Positions 55,232 to 64,000 of a stretch of DNA of 64,000 bases are shown here, in pieces. The position numbers and the translations under genes are program-made. The stretch comes from Eledone cirrhosa. Taxonomy: Eukaryota. How positions within the stretch are numbered: position 1 is the stretch's first letter; each line of letters starts with the position of its first letter. Below the pieces are notes generated by a model. That model did not search any database, was not told the origin of the DNA, and saw only the letters and a list, made by a program, of their open reading frames with translations. The DNA lies in assembly GCA_964016885.1 (NCBI GenBank), contig OZ024741.1, forward strand, positions 352,160,001-352,224,000, written 5' to 3'.

Positions 55232-55994
55232 TACGTGGACCTGATGGATCCCCAGCAGTCCTCTTAAAAACATGTAAGGGGGCCTTAGCAACTCCACTGA
55301 CGACGCTCTTCAGAAGCTCCTTGGCTAGCGGTATACTACCCAGGGAGCTGAAAGATGGCACAATATGCCCTATCCATAAAGGAGGTAGCAGAGCGGAGGC
55401 TAAAAACTATAGGCCAGTCTCCCTGACGTCACATATCAGTAAGATCATGGAGCGATACATCAAAAAGAAACTGATCACTTTCCTCGAGGAAAAGGACCGC
55501 CTGACTAGCAAGCAGCATGAATTTCGCCCATGAAGAAGCTGCCTTACACAGCTGATACATCACTACGACTGGTTATTGAAACAGATGCTAGACAGCGCAC
55601 ATGTGGACGTGATATATCTTGACTTTGCGAAGGCCTTTGACAAGGTCGACCATGGAATGATATGTCACAAACTACACATACTCGGCATAACTGGAAAAGT
55701 AGGTGAGTGGCTGCATGACTTCTTAAAGGACAGAAGGCAGACAGTTGCAGCAAACGGGGCCCTCTCAAAAGAAACATCAATAACGAGGGGGTGCCCCAAG
55801 GCACAGTCCTGGGACCACTACTGTTTTTGGTGGCTCTCGCAGACATGCCCTCTGTAGTACATACACCATCCCTCACTAGCTATGCTGATGACACTAAGGT
55901 AGCACAAGCAATAAAAAACCCGGCTCACGCTGCCCTTTTACAAGATCTCTATGCCATATACAAATGGGCGGAAGACAACAGCATGCAGTTTAAA
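55232..55994 (+). mobile_element. CR1-like LINE reverse transcriptase segment, inverted relative to the rest of the element
   Basis: GPDG, KNYRPVSLTSHISKIMER, YLDFAKAFDKVDH, PQGTVLGPLLF, SYADDTK; one stop and one frameshift. Confidence 0.93.
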
Positions 55995-58930
55995 GAACTC
56001 TTCTGGTCTTATTATTTGCATGTGCCTCAGTGGACATGTGAACACACTTTTGTACTCTTCGTACAGTATTTCACATATCTCTTGGGGATTCTCGGTTAAT
56101 GAACCGTCTGTATGGAATAGTGGCCCAATCTTGCAGTGTACCGAGGCAGTTTCTTTTGCAAATTTAAAGAAGGCCTTAGAGTTTGTTTTAATATTTTCTA
56201 TGGCCCTGCTTTCTTTCTTTGCCCTCTCATTTTCATGGGAAAGTTTGAGTGCAATCTCGGTGTCAAGTAATGCACATTTCAAATGGGATTCCTTCTTGTT
56301 TTTGTTTACTTGTTGTGCATTCAACTGGTTTGAGAGCTTGGTTCTACGTCTCATAAGGATTTTCCTATCTCTGGGAATAAGATTTTTGTGTCTGTTTGAC
56401 TTTTTCTCCGGGACAAACTTTTTGCATATAGTGTGTATCATTGTCATGAAGTGTTGAAATTGTGTGTTGGTGTCTTGTGTGGTGCTGTTTTTGCTCCATA
56501 TTTGCTTCCGGATTTCTCTCTTGATCTTTTTCCAGTTAGCCTTGTAAAGGTTAAGGCTGGATAAGGTCCTGCTGCTTCTTGATGGCTGTCTCTGTTGATT
56601 CTCTTGGACCACATATCATTAGTTCTACTAAGTTATGGTCCGAGAAAATTGTTGGTGTCACCTTTACATTGTGGATGAGCACTTCATTGTTTGTAAAACA
56701 GAGGTCCATGACATTTTCGCCTCTTGTTAGGAGGAGTACTGCTTGTTCCATGAACAGCCTGTGTGTGAGGGCCAGCAGGGACTCTATCTGTCTCTATTCT
56801 ATTGACGTCATTCCAGGGAGGAGGTGGCCCTCAGGCCATTTGACCGTTGGCAGGTTGAAGTCTCCCAGCAGTAGAATGTTGAGACTCTGGTCCAGTTTGT
56901 CAACGACCTCTTCTATCCTACTGAGACTATCCTCAAATTCACCCTTATGAACTGGGGGCATAGGGCGGCCAATATGTGACACATATTACTGTCTTTAGTT
57001 GCTTCATATGTACTATCAGTGTGTCACAGACTGAGTTTGAATGTGTCAACAGTACAATTGGTGTGACATCTTCACGGATATACAGAGCAACCCCACCATG
57101 AGTTCTCTCCTTCCTATCCGACCGAAATACAGTATATTTCGGTATATGTATTTCTGCATCTGCTATACTGCTTGTCAGGTGTGTTTCGGTTAGTGCCATG
57201 CATAATGCTTGATTGCTTATGGCTAAGTCTCCCAGGTAGGAAATTTCACTCATGTTAGTGAGTTTCACCAGGCCTCTGACATTCAGCAGCAGCACTGGTG
57301 TGACTTTCGGGGTGCCAGCAATGGCTGTCGGTATGACACCTGGCCTGGTGTCAGCGCCGGCCACTCTGGGTCCCTTAATTGTGGAGGTCTCGAGTGCTGG
57401 TGTGGGTGACCCTGGCTCTGAAAGTGATGCAGCCAGGTCAGCTGTCCCACAATCTTCTCTGCCATCACGAAAAAAATTTTCTGCTCTGCTGCTGCCATCT
57501 GTATCTCGTCGGCATGTGCGTGCCTTCTCCTTGCTGGAGCGCCACGCGCGACATCAGCATACTTCCGGAGCGGCTTGTGTTGGCTTTGGCTGGGGAATGT
57601 TGCGCGAGTAGGATGGGCATAGTTCACTTGGGGCCTGGGGTGAGCAAATCTGCAGCCCATCCCTGTCTCTCCATGCTAGCAGGTCCCGTTCCTGAAGAAC
57701 TTGCACATTACCTGGGTTTTCTTGCTCCCAGTGTCTCGGTGCTTTCTGTTCTTCCTTTGGACAGTTGTCCACTGGTCCCTCTCCGCTTGGTTCTCCTTCG
57801 GAAGGTGATTTCGCTTCTCACTTTTACTGTTTGCTTGTTGGTTGCCCGGCCTGCCCTCCCTGACTGTCGCGGCGGGTATCTCATTTTCTTTCAGGTCCGT
57901 GCTTGTGCTTTCTTCCTTTTCTTTTTCCTTTCCTCTCTCTTTCTCCCCGTTTTTCTCCTCCTTGAGGACACGGCTTAGCATTGCCATGTGGCGCTATGAG
58001 GTCATAGGCCTTCTCGATTTCTTTTCTTTTTCTTTCTATCTGCGCCAGAGTCCTCAGGAAGCCATGATTCGTCAGGGTCTCCACAATCTTTTTGCTTGGT
58101 GGTGACCCATCAGCCAGGTTCCACCCTTTGATCAAAACCTCCAGTTCCATCTTTGACCAGTTTCGCTGGCTTAATTTCACCTTTTCCCTGCATGCAGTCC
58201 ATTTCGCTGTAGAGGGTCAGGAGGGGGGTATAGCGGGAAGGGTAGGGAAAATGAGAGAGTGGGAGAGAGAGATAAGTCCAGTGAGAAATTCAAGGTGCGA
58301 TTTAGAGGGAAAGAGAGAGAGAGCTTGTGAGAGATAGAGAGAAAGAAAGGAGAGAGAGACAGCGTGAAAGATAGCAGCGTATACTTGAAATGGTCAAAGA
58401 CGAGCTTAAATATCAATGATTAATGTCGTTTAAAAAACAATAATATTTTGCGGTTAAAACACCAAAACAAAGTGAAAACATATGATATCAACATGAAATA
58501 TAAAAGGAGAGGAGACAAAATAAATAAATTAAAATAAAATTAATGAAACCCAAATAAGTTAAAGATATAGAAACGCGAAGGATTTATATAAGTTGATTTT
58601 AACTGCAGGTATTGGTTTGTTTACAAATATAAACAACGGACACCGTATATATATATCGTGAAAGGTAGTATCACAATATCAATATATCAAAAACAATAAC
58701 AAATATATATGCTCACTGAGTTAAAAATAGAAATAAAATTATATTAAATTATATTATTAAATCATGTTACACAAAGCAAAATAAAATAAAATAAAATAAA
58801 ATAAAATTAAAATTAGATTACGTTACTTAACTAGCTTTCTATATTCTGTATGGCAGACAAAGATTGCACGTGTGTGTGTCACGTCTTTGAGAAGAATATA
58901 TCAAACAGCGAAAATAAAGCCATCAAAAAC
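55989..58930 (-). mobile_element. CR1-like LINE 5' part: 5'UTR, ORF1 with CCCH zinc finger, APE endonuclease
   Basis: CKFFRNGTC*HGETGMGCRFAH; LLNVRGL, ALTETHL, HGGVALYI, LLGDFNLP, MDLCFTN, SDHNLV; several frameshifts; 5' boundary approximate. Confidence 0.9.
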
Positions 58931-59103
58931 GCTAACATACATAGAATAATCGCGTCAAAATATAGATACTCATCTGTTCCAGAGGTTTTTGTTAATTTTG
59001 AAGAGTTAGTAAAGTTATAACTTCTCGATTTCTGTCGATTTAAATTTCAAATATCGCAATAAGGGAAAACACGACCAGCCAACAGGTTACCAAGCCTACA
59101 TTT

Positions 59104-59850
59104 ATCATCATCATCATCATCATCATCGTTTAACGTCCATCTTCCACGCTTGCATGGGTTTGGACGGGAATTTTCCCACTTGAGGCAAGATTAGTTGTCT
59201 TGCTCGTATAGGACTGTCTGGCGGGTTTTCTACGGCTGGATGCCCTTCCTAACACCAACCACATTTACAGTGTGGACTGGGAGCTTTTTACCGTGTTACC
59301 TACACGGCCACATTACAGCGTGGAGTGTGTTTTTTTTGTCGTGACACCTACACGACCTCATTTATTTCGGACTGGATGTTGTGGTACCAACATAACTTTA
59401 CATCAAAAGGGGTGGTGTGGATGGGGTGGGGTTAGTGGGACGGGGGTGTATTTTTGTTAAGAGGTGCCTACTGACTGTAAGTTTCGCTTTGTAGTTAGGC
59501 AAGGCGGGTCTTCTGTATTACTGTGTAGCACCAAAGATCTCGGTCCAGTGAAATTGTCTTGGAGAGGTTAAGTGTGTGAGGTCGGAATTTATCAAGTCTT
59601 CCCAGGTTTTTCTGGGTCTGCCTACTCCGTGGCTACCGTCTATTTTTTATCGCCCTGCACTTTTTTATACAGCTGTCGTCTTTCATGCGCATCACGTGAC
59701 CATACCAATGTAGTCTTCTCTCGAGTAAACAACATCTGATCCCTCTTATTCCTAATTTCTCCCTTAGTTCATTTATACTTTGCCGTTCACGTATATTACT
59801 ATTACACATCCAGCGGAGCATGCAAGCTTCGTTCCTCTCCAATCTGCGTA
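59104..59850 (-). mobile_element. RTE LINE family A, 3' fragment
   Basis: [21 protein letters not shown]...; (CAT)n tail. Confidence 0.93.
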
Positions 59851-60009
59851 ATATATATATATATATGTATTTATGTGTATATATATAAATATATATGTAT
59901 ATATATATAAATATATATGTATATATATATATTGATGTATATATATAGATATATATTTATGTATGTATATATATATATTTATGTATGTATATATATATAT
60001 ATATGTATT

Positions 60010-60044
<35 letters not shown>

Positions 60045-60048
60045 TTAT

Positions 60049-60350
60049 GGAGGCACATGGCTTAGTAGTTAGAGCATTGTCCTTGCAATCAAAAGGTTGA
60101 GTTCAATTCTCAAATCGGGTGATGTGTTGTTTCCTTGAGCAAGACACTTTATTCCACATTGCTCCAGTTTACTCAGCTGTAGAAAGTGGTTGTGGAGGTG
60201 CCGCGGCAAAAAAGCACCCTGCACTCACTGTAAGTGAGGTTGGTGTTAGGAAGGGCATCCAGCTGTAGAAATCAAGCCAGAATCAGTTCCCGTCCCACCC
60301 TTGCAAGCAGGGAAAAATGGACGTAAAATGAAATGATGAAAATGATGATG
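60049..60350 (+). mobile_element. SINE family 2 (internal deletion)
   Basis: Matches 35551-35878. Confidence 0.9.
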
Positions 60351-61594
60351 AATGTATATATATATATGTATTTATGTATATATATATGTATTTATGTATA
60401 TATATATATATATATTTATGTATATATATATGTATTTATGTATATATATATATATTTATGTATATATATATATATATTTATGTATATATATATATGTATT
60501 TATGTATATATATATATGTATTTATGTATATATATGTATTTATGTATATATATATATGTATTTATGTATATATATGTGTATTTATGTATATATATATATA
60601 TATGTGTATTTATGTATATATATATATGTATTTATGTATATATATATATATATGTGTATTTATGTATATATATATATATATGTGCATTTATGTATATATA
60701 TATATATGTATTTATGTATATATATATATATATATTGAGATAAGCAGAACAAGCAAAATTCAAACAATTTTTAAAAATAAATTAAAAAATATAATTTATA
60801 TATTTACCTATTCCAATTGCTTTTACCGATCGGTTTCACTTCACAAAAGATTGGAGATCCATAGGGACCTCCAATGGAAAAGTTTAGATCATCAGAAAGC
60901 ATTTTCCTTTCTTTGGACTAAAAGTCCCAGGAACGGCAGAATATATTGCCATCTGCCAGCTAGCACAGGATCGAATGGGGCCGAAAATTCGACTCAACAT
61001 TATAGTTCTGGTATGTCAAATTAATACCATAGAACAACCCTTGTATCATAGACACCCTATATATTTCCAGGGGTACTTAGTACCCGTGGGCATATTAACT
61101 TCTTTTAATATATATATATATTTAGTTATGTGTATATATATATTTATATATATATATATATATGTATTTATGTATATATATATATATATGTATTTATGTA
61201 TATATATATATATATGTATTTATGTATATATATATATGTATTTATGTATATATATATATGTATTTATGTATATATATATATGTATTTATGTATATATATA
61301 TATGTATTTATGTATATATATATATGTATTTATATATATATTTATGTATATATATGTATTTATGTATATATATATATGTATTTATGTATATATATAAGTA
61401 TTTATGTATATATATAAGTATTTATGTATATATATAAGTATTTATGTATATATATATGTATTTATGTATATATATATGTATTTATGTATATATATATATG
61501 TATTTATGTATATATATATATGTATTTATGTATATATATATATTATTAAAAATATAATAATTCTTATATATATATATATGTATTTATGTATATA

Positions 61595-62250
61595 TCATCA
61601 TCAACGTTTAACGTCCATGTTCCACGCTTGCATGGGTTTGGACGGGGGTTTTCCCACTTGAGGCAAGAGTGATTATCTTGCTCGCATAGCACTATCTGAC
61701 GGGTTTTCTACAGCTGGATGCCCTTCCTAACACCTTTTTACAGCTGGATGCCCTTCCTAACACCAACCACATTTACAGTGTGGGGCTGGGAGGTTTTTAC
61801 CGTGTTGCCTACACGGCCACATTACAGCGTGAACTGTTTTTTTACGTGACACCTACACGATCTCATTTGTTTAGGCCTGGTTGTTGTGGCACCAACATAA
61901 CTTTACATTGAAAGGGGCGGTGTGGATGGGGTGGGGGTGGTGGGACGGGGGGTGTATTTTGTTAGAGATGCCTACTGACTGTAGTAGGTTTTACTTTGTA
62001 TTTAGGTAAGGCGGGTCTTCTCTATTACTGAGTACCGCCAAAAGTCTCGGTCCAGTGACATTGTCTTGGTGAGGTTGGAATTTATCAGGTCGTCCCAGGT
62101 TTTTCTGGGTCTGCCTATTCCGTGGCTACCGTCTATCTTTATTGCCCTGCACTTTGTTATACAGCTATCGTCCTTCATGCGCATCACGTGACCATACCAA
62201 CGTAGCCTTCTCTCGAGTAAACAACATCTGATCCCTCTTATTTCTAATTT
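61595..62250 (-). mobile_element. RTE LINE family A, 3' fragment
   Basis: MMRMKDDSCITKCRAIKIDGSHGIGRPRKTWDDL; shared UTR. Confidence 0.92.
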
Positions 62251-62273
62251 TTTTATATATATATATATGTATT

Positions 62274-62310
<37 letters not shown>

Positions 62311-62617
62311 TTATGTATATATATATATATATGTATTTATGTATATATATATATATATGTATTTATGTATATATATATACATGTATTTATGTATATATAT
62401 ATATGTATATATATATATATGTATTTATGTATATATATGTATATCTGTATTTATGTATATATCTGTATTTATGTATATATATGTATTTATGTATATATAT
62501 CTATTTATGTGTATATATATATATGTATTTATGTATATATATATATATATGTATATATATATGTATTTATGTATATATAAAAGCGGATGTAAAATGATGA
62601 TGATATATATATATATA

Positions 62618-62911
62618 TCATCATCATTTTACATCCGCTTTTCCCTGCTTGCAAGGGTGGGACGGGAACTGATTCTGGCTTGATTTCTACATGGATGCCC
62701 TTCCTAACACGAACCTCATTTACAGTGAGTGCTGGGTGCTTTTTTGCAGTGAAATGATAGGGACCCCAGTCCTATCATCTCATTTCTACACCTGAGTAAA
62801 CTGGAGCAATGTGAATTGCTCAAGGAATCAACACATCACCCGGTCTGAGAATTGAACTCACAAACTTTCGATTGCAAGGCCAATGCTCTAACCACTAAGC
62901 CATGTGCCTCC
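62618..62911 (-). mobile_element. SINE family 2
   Basis: Reverse complement of 35551-35878 with deletions. Confidence 0.9.
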
Positions 62912-62983
62912 ACTTATATGTATTTATGTATTATATATATATGTATTTATGTATATGTATATATATATATATGTATGTATATG

Positions 62984-63014
<31 letters not shown>

Positions 63015-63063
63015 GTATATATATATATGTATATATATATATGTATATATATATACATATATG

Positions 63064-63094
<31 letters not shown>

Positions 63095-63162
63095 GTATGT
63101 ATATGTATATATATATATGTATATATATATATCTATATATATATATACATATATATATATAC

Positions 63163-63211
<49 letters not shown>

Positions 63212-63284
63212 TATATATATATACATACATATATATATATATACACATATATATATATATACATACATATATATATATATACAC

Positions 63285-63345
<61 letters not shown>

Positions 63346-63348
63346 CAC

Positions 63349-63386
<38 letters not shown>

Positions 63387-63395
63387 TTGTATATG

Positions 63396-63429
<34 letters not shown>

Positions 63430-63464
63430 TATGTGTATATGTATATATCTATATATGTATATAT

Positions 63465-63514
<50 letters not shown>

Positions 63515-63576
63515 GTATATATATATGTATATATGTGTATATGTATATATATATATATGTATATATATATATAATG

Positions 63577-63711
<135 letters not shown>

Positions 63712-63924
63712 GTATATATCTATATATGTATATATATATATATGTATATGTATATGTATATATGTATATGTATATACATATATATGTATGTATATATATG
63801 TATATGTATATACATATATATGTATGTATATATATATATATGTATTTATGTATCTATATATATATTTATTTATGTATATATATATTTATTTATTTATATA
63901 TATATTTATTTATTTATATATATA

Positions 63925-63955
<31 letters not shown>

Positions 63956-64000
63956 TTATTTATATATATATATTTATGTATATATATATATATATATATA

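Noticed and set aside
57379-57978. 199-aa plus-strand ORF
   Set aside because: Antisense shadow of LINE ORF1
60333-63574. Many MYIYIY-type ORFs
   Set aside because: Microsatellite translation artefacts

Overview
AT-rich, repeat-dense eukaryotic genomic DNA. The SINE/LINE repertoire and (TA)n load suggest a cephalopod such as Octopus (inference). The only host gene is C-terminal binding protein (CtBP, + strand): five phase-consistent GT-AG internal coding exons (14186-14343, 24153-24297, 30414-30620, 33027-33125, 36124-36249). The first and last coding exons were not found in the window. The rest is non-coding DNA with RTE LINEs, a CR1-like LINE with an inverted RT segment, R4/Dong-like and Tx1-like LINE remnants, two tRNA-derived SINE families, piggyBac, Helitron, mariner and hAT remnants, and large (TA)/(TG) microsatellites. 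The most unusual signal is a set of predicted self-cleaving RNAs: three unrelated fold-back elements that each carry a hammerhead ribozyme motif on both strands (18-436, 10323-11200, 51600-51892), a solo minimal hammerhead (3352-3401), and a degenerate HDV-like ribozyme candidate (53077-53154). All folds were read by eye and none is tested.
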